The notes under the pieces are model-generated. The model was not told the origin of the DNA and did no database searches. It worked only from the letters and a program-made list of their open reading frames with translations. Below, piece by piece: positions 55,683-64,000 of a stretch of DNA of 64,000 nucleotides. The first letter of the stretch is position 1. Every line of letters starts with the position of its first letter. The stretch lies in contig JAZDPX010000022.1 of the NCBI GenBank assembly GCA_043797125.1, forward strand, positions 1,065-65,064, read 5' to 3'. The DNA comes from Candidatus Omnitrophota bacterium (lineage in GTDB: Bacteria > Omnitrophota > Gorgyraeia > JABMRG01 > JAFGKX01). Both the position numbers and the translations under genes were made by a program.

Positions 55683-56839
55683 CTTACGAATTTTTCTATT
55701 CTCTTCATTCCCTCTTCAATATCGCTCATGCTTGTCGCAAAACTTAAGCGTATATGATTAGGCCAGCCAAAATCACCGCCCGGTATAACCGCCACTTTTT
55801 CAAAATCAAGCAGTTTATCCGCAAATTCAAGCGAATCCATCTTCGTCTTTGAAATATCGCAGAAGCAGTAAAATGCCCCTTCGGGCTTGACGCAATAAAG
55901 GTCCTTTATCTTATTTAACGCCCCTGCCATATAATCGCGCCTTTTTTCAAACTCTGAGCGCATGGCGCGCACCGACGAATCATCGCTTTGCAAAGCGCAT
56001 AGCGCAGCCTCCTGGCTTATGCTGCAAGGATTGGATGTCGAGTGGCTTTGCAGGTTTTCAATAGCATCGATTACTGTAGAATTTTCACTTGCCAGGTATC
56101 CTATGCGCCAACCTGTCATTGAATACGATTTCGAAACACCGTCAACGACAATTGTCAGTTTCTTAATGTCATCGCCGAAAGATGCGATAGAACAATAGTC
56201 TTCGCCGTCATAAATAAGCATTTTATATATCTCATCGCTTATGACAATGATATTTTTCTCTACCGCGATATCAGCTATTGCCTTAAGAAGAGCTTTATCA
56301 TAAACAACTCCTGTTGGGTTACACGGAGAATTTAAAACCAGCGCTTTTGTATTCTTTGTAATGGCGGCCTTTAGCGCCTTTATGGTCGGCTTAAAGCCGT
56401 CTTCTTGTCTAGACTTGGCAATAACAGGTTTAGCGCCGGCGAGTTTTACCATTTCAAGATAACTGACCCAATAAGGCGAAGGGATTATTATTTCGTCGGC
56501 CTCTTCGCAGATAACCTGAAATATATTATACAGGCTATGCTTTGCGCCGTTTGACACAATAATTTGTTTTGGCTGGTATTTAAGTTTGCTGTTTCGGTTT
56601 AATTCCGCGCATATGGCGGTTTTTAATTCCATTGTACCTGAAGAAGGGGTATATTTTGTCTTACCCTTATCAATGGCGAGTGTGGCGGCATCTTTAATAA
56701 AGCCGGGCGTATCAAAATCAGGCTCACCTGCCCCGAAATTAATAACGCTTATACCTTTGGCCTTCATTGCCTTTGCTTTCGCGGTCACGGCAAGGGTTAC
56801 GGATGGCTTGACTGATTTCACTCTTTTTGAAATTTCCAT
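55661..56839 (-). CDS. aspC: aspartate/aromatic aminotransferase (class I)
   Basis: PLP-lysine region SKSYSMTGWRIGY; 392 aa. Confidence 0.85.
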   Translation of the reverse strand: MEISKRVKSVKPSVTLAVTAKAKAMKAKGISVINFGAGEPDFDTPGFIKDAATLAIDKGKTKYTPSSGTMELKTAICAELNRNSKLKYQPKQIIVSNGAKHSLYNIFQVICEEADEIIIPSPYWVSYLEMVKLAGAKPVIAKSRQEDGFKPTIKALKAAITKNTKALVLNSPCNPTGVVYDKALLKAIADIAVEKNIIVISDEIYKMLIYDGEDYCSIASFGDDIKKLTIVVDGVSKSYSMTGWRIGYLASENSTVIDAIENLQSHSTSNPCSISQEAALCALQSDDSSVRAMRSEFEKRRDYMAGALNKIKDLYCVKPEGAFYCFCDISKTKMDSLEFADKLLDFEKVAVIPGGDFGWPNHIRLSFATSMSDIEEGMKRIEKFVSKLKIKN

Positions 56840-56853
56840 AATATCACCTCTTG

Positions 56854-56885
56854 CAAGAAAAATAGGGGCAAATATTATTGCCCCT
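56854..56885 (-). terminator. intrinsic terminator after rplQ (stem GGGGCAA/TTGCCCC followed by TATTTTTCTT on the minus strand), only ~15 nt before the aspC SD
   Basis: Minus strand reads aggggcaataatatttgcccctatttttctt. Confidence 0.45.
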
Positions 56886-57014
56886 ATCTAATGTCAAATG
56901 ACAAAATTCAAATGACAAAATAAATCCAAATAACAAATAACAAATTTCAAAACAAAAATTTTGCCATTTGGTATTTGAAATTTGTCATTCATTTGTCCTT
57001 TGGACTTTGACATT

Positions 57015-57034
57015 CCTGCCTGCCGGCAGGCAGG
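57015..57034. repeat. REP-like palindrome CCTGCCTGCCGGCAGGCAGG
   Basis: Exact copy downstream of rplQ. Confidence 0.8.
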
Positions 57035-57046
57035 TGTCATTAACTG

Positions 57047-57697
57047 TTACTTTTCCTTCTTCCTAAACATTCCCTTTATCTTTCCGAACAGCCCTTCTTT
57101 TTTAGCCTCCGGCTTTTTCTTTTCTTGGGCAAAAGGCTTTTTCTCCTGCACAGGCTTTACTTCTTTCTTTTTAGGCGGCTTCTTTTCTTCTTTTGGCGGC
57201 TTCTTTTCTTCTTTTGGCGGCTTTTCAATTTCCGGCAAATGCTGTTTTGGCTGTTCAATATCCTGCTTTTGCGCCTCTTGAGGCTTTTGGGCTTGAGCAG
57301 CCTTGGGTTTTTTACCTTTTTTAGGTTTCGGTTCTTTTTTAATCTTTTCAACCAGCTCGAGCACAGCCATCTGCACACCATCACCGTGACGGTTATTAAG
57401 CCGGATTACCCTTGTATACCCGCCGTTTCTGTTTTTAAACAAAGGCGCTATTTCATTTACTAAGCGCGCTACCAGGTCCTTATCCTGCAGCAGGTCAAAT
57501 GCAGCCCTTCTAGCCTGAAGGGTTTGTTTTTTGGCTATGGTTATTAATTTATCCAAATGTCTGGACGCCTCTTTTGCCTTCGGCAAGGTTGTCTTGATGC
57601 TCGAATATATAATGGCGTTTCTCACAAGCGAACGCATTAATTCCTTGCGGCCGGATCTATTTCTACCAAAGCGTTTATTAAGTTTTTTGTGTCTCAT
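57047..57697 (-). CDS. rplQ: 50S ribosomal protein L17 with a ~90-aa K/E/P-rich repetitive C-terminal extension
   Basis: Conserved L17 core (residues 1-125); tail contains KPPKEEKKPPKEEKKPPKKKE repeats (DNA tandem repeats at 57150-57260). Confidence 0.9.
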   Translation of the reverse strand: MRHKKLNKRFGRNRSGRKELMRSLVRNAIIYSSIKTTLPKAKEASRHLDKLITIAKKQTLQARRAAFDLLQDKDLVARLVNEIAPLFKNRNGGYTRVIRLNNRHGDGVQMAVLELVEKIKKEPKPKKGKKPKAAQAQKPQEAQKQDIEQPKQHLPEIEKPPKEEKKPPKEEKKPPKKKEVKPVQEKKPFAQEKKKPEAKKEGLFGKIKGMFRKKEK

Positions 57698-57767
57698 TAA
57701 TGAGCACTTGATTTACGCTCTCCGTTAGGGAGCGTAAATCAATCCTCCCTTTCTTCTTTTGCGTCAC

Positions 57768-58739
57768 TTATTTCTTCTTAACTTTCATTCCGAGAGAAAT
57801 CCCCATCTTATCCAGAATTGCCATAATCTCGTTAAGGGATTTTTTGCCGAAGTTTCTGTATTTCAGCATCTCGCTCTCGGATCTGCTTACCAGGTCACCG
57901 ATTGTTTTAATTTTTGCCTTCTCTAAGCAATTTGCGCTTCTTACCGACAACTCGAGCTCCGAAACCGGGACTTTTAGTTTCGCCTGAAGCTCTTCATCTT
58001 CCTCGGGCTCTTCCGTAATTTCAAGGTCTTCAGGAAGTTTACCAAAGTTTACAAATATGTCAAGGTGTCTTTGTAAAACGTTGGAGGCGTAAAGCAAGGC
58101 CTCTTTTGGGCTTACTGCGCCGTTTGTCCATATCTCCAGTATCAGCTTGTCATAATCCGTAATCTGCCCTACCCTGGTATTCTCTACTTGAAAATTCACT
58201 TTTGTAACGGGGCTGAAAATAGAATCCAGCACAATCGTCCCGATTGGCAAGCCTTCCTTTTTATTTCTTTCTGTTGTGACATAACCGCGCCCTCTGCCTA
58301 ATTCCATTTCCATATTAAACTTTGCATTTTCCGTCAAAGTAGCAATATGTAAATCCTTATTTATAATATCTATCGTCTCATCCGCAATTATGTCGCTTGC
58401 GGTGATTTCGCCTTTTTTTTGCGCCTTTATATATAGAGGTTTAGGCTTAAGGGCATGGCTTCTTATTGCTAATTTTTTAATATTCAGAACTATTTCGGGC
58501 ACATCTTCCACAACCCCGTCCAATGATGAAAACTCGTGCTGTATCCCCTCTATTTTTATACTGGTAACTGCGCTACCCTCTACAGAGGAAATCAATACCC
58601 TGCGCAAAGAACTGCCTAATGTCATTGCGTATCCGCGTTCAAAAGGTTCGGCTATAAACTTGCCGTAGACATCTGTCAGGGAAGACTCATCGCACTCAAG
58701 CGTCCTTGGCATCTCAAAATCTTTCCACGCTATTCCCAT
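57768..58739 (-). CDS. rpoA: DNA-directed RNA polymerase alpha subunit
   Basis: 323 aa; N-terminal dimerisation and C-terminal domain (ELSVRSANCLEKAKIKTIGDL). Confidence 0.93.
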   Translation of the reverse strand: MGIAWKDFEMPRTLECDESSLTDVYGKFIAEPFERGYAMTLGSSLRRVLISSVEGSAVTSIKIEGIQHEFSSLDGVVEDVPEIVLNIKKLAIRSHALKPKPLYIKAQKKGEITASDIIADETIDIINKDLHIATLTENAKFNMEMELGRGRGYVTTERNKKEGLPIGTIVLDSIFSPVTKVNFQVENTRVGQITDYDKLILEIWTNGAVSPKEALLYASNVLQRHLDIFVNFGKLPEDLEITEEPEEDEELQAKLKVPVSELELSVRSANCLEKAKIKTIGDLVSRSESEMLKYRNFGKKSLNEIMAILDKMGISLGMKVKKK

Positions 58740-58797
58740 TTAGCTTTCCTCCAATTTTAACTATGTCAACCCTTTGGCTTTAGCTTTAGGGTTAATC

Positions 58798-59427
58798 CTA
58801 TTTCGAATACAACTCTATAATAAGCTGTTCCTGGATGTTAAAACCAATATCTTCCTTGTTAGGCATCCTCTCAACCTTTGCTTCCAAAGTCTTATCATCC
58901 ACTTTTATCCAACCTGGCATACCTCTGTCTTTTAAGGTCTCCATTTGCTGTGATATTTGTTTTAGCTTATCTTCATTTGCTTTTACCCTTATGGTATCGC
59001 CTTCGTTTACTGAGTACGACGGCCTATTAACTATTTTATCATTCACCATAATCAAGCCATGGATTACCATTTGCCGAGCATGAGGCCTTGAATTCGCAAA
59101 ACAGCTTCTAAAAACTAAATTATCTAATCTGCGCTCCAGAAGCTGCAAAAGAACCTCTCCTGTAATGCCTCTTGATTTTTCGGCTTTCTTAAAATAATTT
59201 CTAAACTGCCTTTCCAGTACGCCGTATATAGTCTTTGCCTTCTGCTTTTCTCTAAGCTGCACTCCGAAATCAGAAAGCTTGCCCCGCCTTCCCTGCCCGT
59301 GCATACCAGGCTTGTAACTACGCTTGTCTATGGCGCAATGCTCGCTAACGCAGCGGGTACCTTTTAGAAAAAGCTTAACACCCTCTCTTCTGCACAATCT
59401 GCATGCAGACCCAATATATTTCGCCAT
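58798..59427 (-). CDS. rpsD: 30S ribosomal protein S4
   Basis: MAKYIGSACRLCRREG... Confidence 0.93.
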   Translation of the reverse strand: MAKYIGSACRLCRREGVKLFLKGTRCVSEHCAIDKRSYKPGMHGQGRRGKLSDFGVQLREKQKAKTIYGVLERQFRNYFKKAEKSRGITGEVLLQLLERRLDNLVFRSCFANSRPHARQMVIHGLIMVNDKIVNRPSYSVNEGDTIRVKANEDKLKQISQQMETLKDRGMPGWIKVDDKTLEAKVERMPNKEDIGFNIQEQLIIELYSK

Positions 59428-59477
59428 CTATTTTTTCTCCCTTTCTCTAAACTCTAAGCTCTCAACTCTCAACTACT

Positions 59478-59891
59478 CTATACTCTTCTCCTCTTAGGCG
59501 GCCTACACCCATTATGCGGTATAGGCGTGACATCCTTAATAGCAGTTACCTGCAAGCCAGCTGCCTGCACGGCCCTAATAGCTGATTCTCTTCCTGCTCC
59601 CGGGCCTTTTACGCAAACCTCCACCTTTTTCACGCCTAATGCCTTTGCCTTTTCAGCAGCTGCAGTTGCAGCCAATTGCGCTGCGAAGGGAGTAGATTTT
59701 TTCGAACCTTTAAAACCGACATTGCCGGCTGAGGTCCAGCATATGGAATTTCCTGATTTATCCGCAACAGTAACAATGGTGTTGTTGAATGTCGCTAGAA
59801 TATATACAATGCCCTCTCTGGCAATGTTCTTTAACTTGGATTTTTTCTTTTGCGCCTTTGGTTTTTCGCTATTCTTTACTTCATCAGCCAT
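59478..59891 (-). CDS. rpsK: 30S ribosomal protein S11
   Basis: Conserved S11 core. Confidence 0.93.
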   Translation of the reverse strand: MADEVKNSEKPKAQKKKSKLKNIAREGIVYILATFNNTIVTVADKSGNSICWTSAGNVGFKGSKKSTPFAAQLAATAAAEKAKALGVKKVEVCVKGPGAGRESAIRAVQAAGLQVTAIKDVTPIPHNGCRPPKRRRV

Positions 59892-59908
59892 ATTATACGC
59901 TATCCTTT

Positions 59909-60319
59909 CTACTTCTCTTTAGCAGGCGCTGCTGCCTGAATTTGTTTTGTCGCTTTTCTCAAAACCCCTACTGTTTTTCTCGGGCCTTTTCTTGTGCGCG
60001 CATTCGTGTTTGTCCTTTGCCCGCGCACAGGCAAGCCCTTTTTGTGCCTTGAGCCTCTATAGGTGCCAGCATCCACTAATCTCTTTATGTTTTGCGCTAC
60101 TTCCCTTTTTAAATCGCCTTCTACTTTATAATTTTTAGTTATATAGGCAGAAATCCTAGCCACTTCTTCCTCTGTAAGGTCCTTAGCCCTTTTGTCAGGG
60201 CTTATTGACGTGGCCTTTAACACCTGGTTTGAAGACACCCTGCCTATGCCCTGTATATAGGTAAGCGCGATCTCTGTCCTTTTTTCCTTTGGAACATCTA
60301 CTCCGCAAATTCTCGGCAC
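59909..60319 (-). CDS. rpsM: 30S ribosomal protein S13
   Basis: [14 protein letters not shown]... Confidence 0.93.
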   Translation of the reverse strand: MPRICGVDVPKEKRTEIALTYIQGIGRVSSNQVLKATSISPDKRAKDLTEEEVARISAYITKNYKVEGDLKREVAQNIKRLVDAGTYRGSRHKKGLPVRGQRTNTNARTRKGPRKTVGVLRKATKQIQAAAPAKEK

Positions 60320-60343
60320 GTTTACTACCTCCTGACTACTTGT

Positions 60344-60457
60344 TTTAATTCAAAATTTAAAATTAAAAATGTAAAATTACAATTAAAAATTTAAAATTAA
60401 TAAATTTTGAATTTTGCATTGCACTTTTTAATTTTGCATTTTGAATTTTTAATTTTT
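60344..60457. repeat. AT-rich inverted-repeat element between rpsM and rpmJ
   Basis: aaaatgtaaaattacaattaaaaattt ... aaattttgaattttgcattgcac. Confidence 0.6.
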
Positions 60458-60458
60458 C

Positions 60459-60572
60459 TTATCCCTGTCTCTGCTTATGCTTAGGGTCTCTGCATATAAC
60501 CCTGACAATCCCTTGGCGTTTTATAACCTTGCATGATGAACATATCTTTTTAACTGACGACCTTACTTTCAT
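60459..60572 (-). CDS. rpmJ: 50S ribosomal protein L36 (below the 60-aa ORF-track cutoff)
   Basis: Minus-strand translation [37 protein letters not shown]; zinc-ribbon CxxC...C...H; canonical position between infA and rpsM. Confidence 0.85.
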   Translation of the reverse strand: MKVRSSVKKICSSCKVIKRQGIVRVICRDPKHKQRQG

Positions 60573-60575
60573 TTT

Positions 60576-60791
60576 TTACTTCTCCCGATAAACAATTCTT
60601 CCCTTGCTTAAATCATACGGCGATAATTCTATCTTGACTCTATCGCCTGCCACTATCCTGATAAAATGCATTCTCATCTTTCCTGAGACATGCGCTAAAA
60701 TTCTGTGCCCGTTATCCAATTCCACCCTAAACATTGCATTTGGCAGGGCTTCTATAATCGTTCCTTCGGTCTGTATCGCTTCTTCTTTCAT
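60576..60791 (-). CDS. infA: translation initiation factor IF-1
   Basis: [31 protein letters not shown]. Confidence 0.93.
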   Translation of the reverse strand: MKEEAIQTEGTIIEALPNAMFRVELDNGHRILAHVSGKMRMHFIRIVAGDRVKIELSPYDLSKGRIVYREK

Positions 60792-61534
60792 ATTTCCGTT
60801 AAAATCCTCGGGCCCTCTTTCGTAATGGCCACTGTGTGCTCAAAATGAGCTGATGGCTTCCTGTCAACAGTAACTGCTGTCCAGCCGTCGTTAAGCACCT
60901 CAACATCCGCCACCCCCATATTAATCATAGGCTCAATAGCCAATACCATGCCTGCCTTTAAAACCGGGCCTTTATGGGAAAGGCCGAAGTTGGGTATCTG
61001 CGGATCCTCGTGCATGCTTGTGCCTATGCCATGGCCGACAAATTCCCTGACAACAGAAAAACCGTTTGCCTCTGCTTCCTTTTGCACTAGCGCCGATATA
61101 TCAAAAAGCCTATTTCCTACAATCGAAGCCCTGATAGCCTTGGTTAACGCGTTCTTTGTCGTGTTTATTAGTTTTTCAGCATCAGGACTGATTTTGCCGA
61201 CTCCGACAGTAATTGCCGCGTCGGCATAAAAGCCATCTTTTTCAACGCCTATGTCAATGCTTATTATATCTGATTCCTTAAGCCTTTTTTCGCCTGGTAT
61301 ACCGTGCACTACTTCTTCATTAATCGAGGCGCATATGCTTTTTGGAAATCCTCTGTAACCTAAAAATGCAGACTTTCCTCCGAGAGAGCGAATTGATCTA
61401 GCAGCCTCATCATCCAGCTGTTGCGTTTTTATTCCGGGAGCAAGCATACGGCTTAACTTGCCAAGTACCTTTGCTACAATTATTCCCGCTTCACGCATCT
61501 TCTCAATCTCGTCGTCAGATTTAAGCAGGATCAT
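60788..61534 (-). CDS. map: methionine aminopeptidase type I
   Basis: Metal ligands in FVGHGIG and EPM; 248 aa. Confidence 0.92.
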   Translation of the reverse strand: MILLKSDDEIEKMREAGIIVAKVLGKLSRMLAPGIKTQQLDDEAARSIRSLGGKSAFLGYRGFPKSICASINEEVVHGIPGEKRLKESDIISIDIGVEKDGFYADAAITVGVGKISPDAEKLINTTKNALTKAIRASIVGNRLFDISALVQKEAEANGFSVVREFVGHGIGTSMHEDPQIPNFGLSHKGPVLKAGMVLAIEPMINMGVADVEVLNDGWTAVTVDRKPSAHFEHTVAITKEGPRILTEI

Positions 61535-61536
61535 GT

Positions 61537-62193
61537 TTACAACAGGCCCTTTTTGTCAAAAAGCTTATTCAAAACCCGGTAGAGCTTATCTACTTCCATG
61601 TCTCCGGAGACTGTTTCTAAAATACCTTTTTCCTTATAATAATCTATCAATTCAGCTGTTTGCTGTTTATACACCTTTAATCTTTTTAAGACCGTCTCTT
61701 TTTTATCATCATCCCTTTGCATAAGGGGCTTGCCGCATTTATCGCATACATTCTCTTTTTTAGGCGGCATATTTTTCAGATGATATATAGCGCTGCATTC
61801 AAAGCAAACCCTGCGCCCTGTTAACCTGGAAACCACAGTATCTTCTGTAGTCTCCATGTAAATGACAATGTCTATTGGGATTTTGCTCCCTTTTAAAAAT
61901 TTATCAAGCGCAACAGCCTGCAGCCTTGTCCTGGGATAACCATCAAGAATAAATGCGCCTTGAATCTTTTTATCTTTTAGCCTTTCAAAAACAGCCTGAT
62001 TCACTGTTTCATCCGGCACCAGTTGCCCTTTTTGCATATAATTTGAAAGTTCTTTACCGATCGCGTCGTTTTTTTTGGCAGCCTCTCTAAATATATCCCC
62101 TGTTGAAAGGTGGGCCAAATTCAAATTCTGAGAAAGAACTTTTGCCTGCGTACCTTTACCAGCCCCAGGCGGGCCTAATAAAATTAACCGCAT
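61537..62193 (-). CDS. adk: adenylate kinase (zinc-lid type)
   Basis: GPPGAGKGTQA; CxxC...CxxC lid. Confidence 0.93.
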   Translation of the reverse strand: MRLILLGPPGAGKGTQAKVLSQNLNLAHLSTGDIFREAAKKNDAIGKELSNYMQKGQLVPDETVNQAVFERLKDKKIQGAFILDGYPRTRLQAVALDKFLKGSKIPIDIVIYMETTEDTVVSRLTGRRVCFECSAIYHLKNMPPKKENVCDKCGKPLMQRDDDKKETVLKRLKVYKQQTAELIDYYKEKGILETVSGDMEVDKLYRVLNKLFDKKGLL

Positions 62194-62320
62194 ATCAAAC
62201 TAGACCTCAATAACAAATGACAAGTAGAATATCAGATTATCAGATAATCAGAGCATCAGGTAAATTCTGATAATCTGATGTTCTGATATTCCCGCTCTGA
62301 TACTCTGGTCTTCTGATAAT

Positions 62321-63670
62321 CTATCTCCTCGACCTCAGCCTGCCCTTTTTCAAGAATCCCTCATAGTGGCGCATCAAAAGCTGCGACTCGATCTGCTTCA
62401 TTGTATCCAGCATAACACCGACGGTAATTAACAAGGCTGTGCCGCCAAAAAAAGATGCTACCAGATACGGTATATTAAGCCACCTTGATACAATATTAGG
62501 AAATACGGCAATAAGCGCAAGGAATATCGCTCCCGGTAAAGTAACCCTTGTCAGGATCCTGTCAAAATAGGTAGCTGTTGGTTTACCCGGCCTTATGCCC
62601 GGAATAAAACCGCCGTACTTTTTCATATTATCAGCAACCTCGACCGGGTTAAAAGTAATCGCTGTATAAAAATAGCAGAAAAATATGATCAACAATGAAT
62701 ATAACGAAAAATAAAGCACGCTTCCTCTGACTAACGCGTTTGCAACATTCTGAAAAGCGCGGTTAGGAACAAAGCCCGCTATTGTAGCGGGAAAAAGCAG
62801 CAAAGACTGCGCGAATATAATCGGTATAACGCCTGCGTGGTTAACCCTAAAAGGAATATATGTGCTCTGGCCGCCATAAACTTTTCTGCCTACTATTCTT
62901 TTCGCGTACTGAACAGGAATTCTTCTCTGGCCCTGCGTAATTACGACAACAGCAACAATAACACCAATCATTAGCGCTGCCATCAAAATCAGCGTAAGGA
63001 TATTTATCTGCCTCCCCGTAGGTGAAAAGGGTGAAATCAGGGCAAATAACTGGCCTGTTGCCGTTGGCAGGCGGGATATTATACCTGCTGTAATAAGAAT
63101 TGACATACCGTTTCCGATTCCATATTCGGTTATCTGTTCGCCTAACCACATAATAAAAGCGGTACCGCTGGCTAATGTCAGGACTGTCAGCAGCCTAAAT
63201 CCCCAGCCGGGAAATTGCACCATCTGCACTCCCTGAAAGTGCCCAGGATTTTCCAGCCACAAGCTGATAAAGAAAGATTGGATTATGGCTAACGCTACAG
63301 TGCCATATCTTGTGTATTGGGTAATCTTTCTTCGCCCTTCTTCGCCGCCTTCTTTTGCTAAACGCTCAAGCTGCGGTATAACAGTAACGAGCAATTGCAT
63401 GATGATGGAACTTGATATATACGGCATGATACCCAATGCAAAAATTGTCATGTTCTGCATAGCGCCGCCGCTAAACATATCCATTATGCCAAACAACGTG
63501 CCGCCTGTTGTCTTGGTTATATTTGCAAAAAACTGAGCCAGGGCCGAACCGTCTATGCCCGGCGTAGGAATGTAAGCGCCCACTCTGTAAACCGAAACCA
63601 ATGCCAGCGTAAGAAAAATCTTTTTTCTTAAATCAGGTATCTTAAATATGCTCGCTAAAGCGTTTAACAC
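62321..63670 (-). CDS. secY: protein translocase subunit SecY
   Basis: 10 TM helices; 449 aa. Confidence 0.93.
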   Translation of the reverse strand: MLNALASIFKIPDLRKKIFLTLALVSVYRVGAYIPTPGIDGSALAQFFANITKTTGGTLFGIMDMFSGGAMQNMTIFALGIMPYISSSIIMQLLVTVIPQLERLAKEGGEEGRRKITQYTRYGTVALAIIQSFFISLWLENPGHFQGVQMVQFPGWGFRLLTVLTLASGTAFIMWLGEQITEYGIGNGMSILITAGIISRLPTATGQLFALISPFSPTGRQINILTLILMAALMIGVIVAVVVITQGQRRIPVQYAKRIVGRKVYGGQSTYIPFRVNHAGVIPIIFAQSLLLFPATIAGFVPNRAFQNVANALVRGSVLYFSLYSLLIIFFCYFYTAITFNPVEVADNMKKYGGFIPGIRPGKPTATYFDRILTRVTLPGAIFLALIAVFPNIVSRWLNIPYLVASFFGGTALLITVGVMLDTMKQIESQLLMRHYEGFLKKGRLRSRR

Positions 63671-63672
63671 CT

Positions 63673-64000
63673 TTATCCTTTAACCCTGCCTGCCGGCAGG
63701 CAGGCTTTAATCTTCGTATCCTTAATAATCTCTGTTTTTCCGCCGGCCTTTTCGATCGCGCTCTTTGCCGAAGCTGAAAAAGCATGCGCAGAAATATTTA
63801 AGCTTTTCTTAAGCTCGCCTTTACCCAAAATCTTGACAGGCCTGTTGAGATTCCTTACCAATCCCTTTTCTTCTAATAATTGCGGCGTAACATTTAAGCC
63901 TTGCTCAAATCTAGCCAATCTCTCCAAATTTACTATAGAGTATTCTATCTTGTTCTTAGAGGTAAACCCGACTTTTGGTATTCTTCTTACTAACGGCATC
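63673..64000 (-). CDS. rplO: 50S ribosomal protein L15, C-terminal part (gene continues past window end); the last ~9 codons run through the REP palindrome
   Basis: ...[34 protein letters not shown]. Confidence 0.85.
   Translation of the reverse strand, partial: MPLVRRIPKVGFTSKNKIEYSIVNLERLARFEQGLNVTPQLLEEKGLVRNLNRPVKILGKGELKKSLNISAHAFSASAKSAIEKAGGKTEIIKDTKIKACLPAGRVKG
63685..63704. repeat. REP-like palindrome CCTGCCTGCCGGCAGGCAGG
   Basis: Exact copy at the rplO/secY junction. Confidence 0.8.

Noticed and set aside
1-64000. CRISPR array or tRNA/rRNA genes
   Set aside because: The many repeats are palindromic or inverted rather than direct repeats with unique spacers, so they are not CRISPR. 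I recognised no cloverleaf-compatible tRNA or rRNA segment in the intergenic spacers. This was a by-eye scan only; tRNAscan/Infernal should confirm.

Overview
This 64-kb window looks like a bacterial chromosomal segment; the local gene order (phoH, pgpH-like, ybeY, dgkA, recO, glyQ, glyS, then ppdK and sigA) resembles Firmicutes. It is densely coded and mostly on the minus strand. Core content: apt (partial), a sigma-70-family factor, ppdK, glyS/glyQ, recO, a DgkA-PAP2 fusion, ybeY, a 7TM-HD (PgpH-like) protein, phoH, a LysM lipoprotein, aspS, hisS, HU, dnaE, a minor-pilin trio, a GAF-GGDEF protein, smc, a bcd-etfB-etfA(ferredoxin-fused) module, fabF-acpP-fabG, pcm, three envelope transferases, dapL, a lipoylation cluster (lipA, standalone lipoyl domain, lipB, lpdA), mdh, icd, a leuCD-like dehydratase pair, aspC, and the rplO-secY-adk-map-infA-rpmJ-rpsM-rpsK-rpsD-rpoA-rplQ ribosomal block. 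Two accessory insertions stand out. (1) A roughly 6-kb visibly AT-rich island (27.1-33.1 kb) is bounded by near-identical ~300-bp direct repeats that include the last 45 bp of etfA. It carries a small basic protein, a MutL/MORC-like GHKL ATPase (797 aa), a 2-TM membrane protein (449 aa), a solitary AbrB/MazE-fold protein, and a small protein plus a nucleotidyltransferase-fold protein. This is a candidate undescribed defence or toxin module. (2) Between lipA and lipB sits a Type II restriction-modification module. Its methyltransferase is fused in frame to a complete LexA repressor (wHTH plus S24 autopeptidase), and a convergent MvaI/BcnI-like endonuclease follows. A BrnA-like orphan antitoxin lies nearby, and a palindromic operator overlaps a leaderless-looking promoter. 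The intergenic DNA is saturated with repeat families: a perfect 20-bp palindrome CCTGCCTGCCGGCAGGCAGG (6 copies); two MITE-like families with terminal inverted repeats; large AT-rich inverted repeats; and heptamer (RGTCNAT) tandem arrays upstream of bcd, etfB, fabG and lpdA. All calls come from reading the sequence and recognising motifs; no searches were run.
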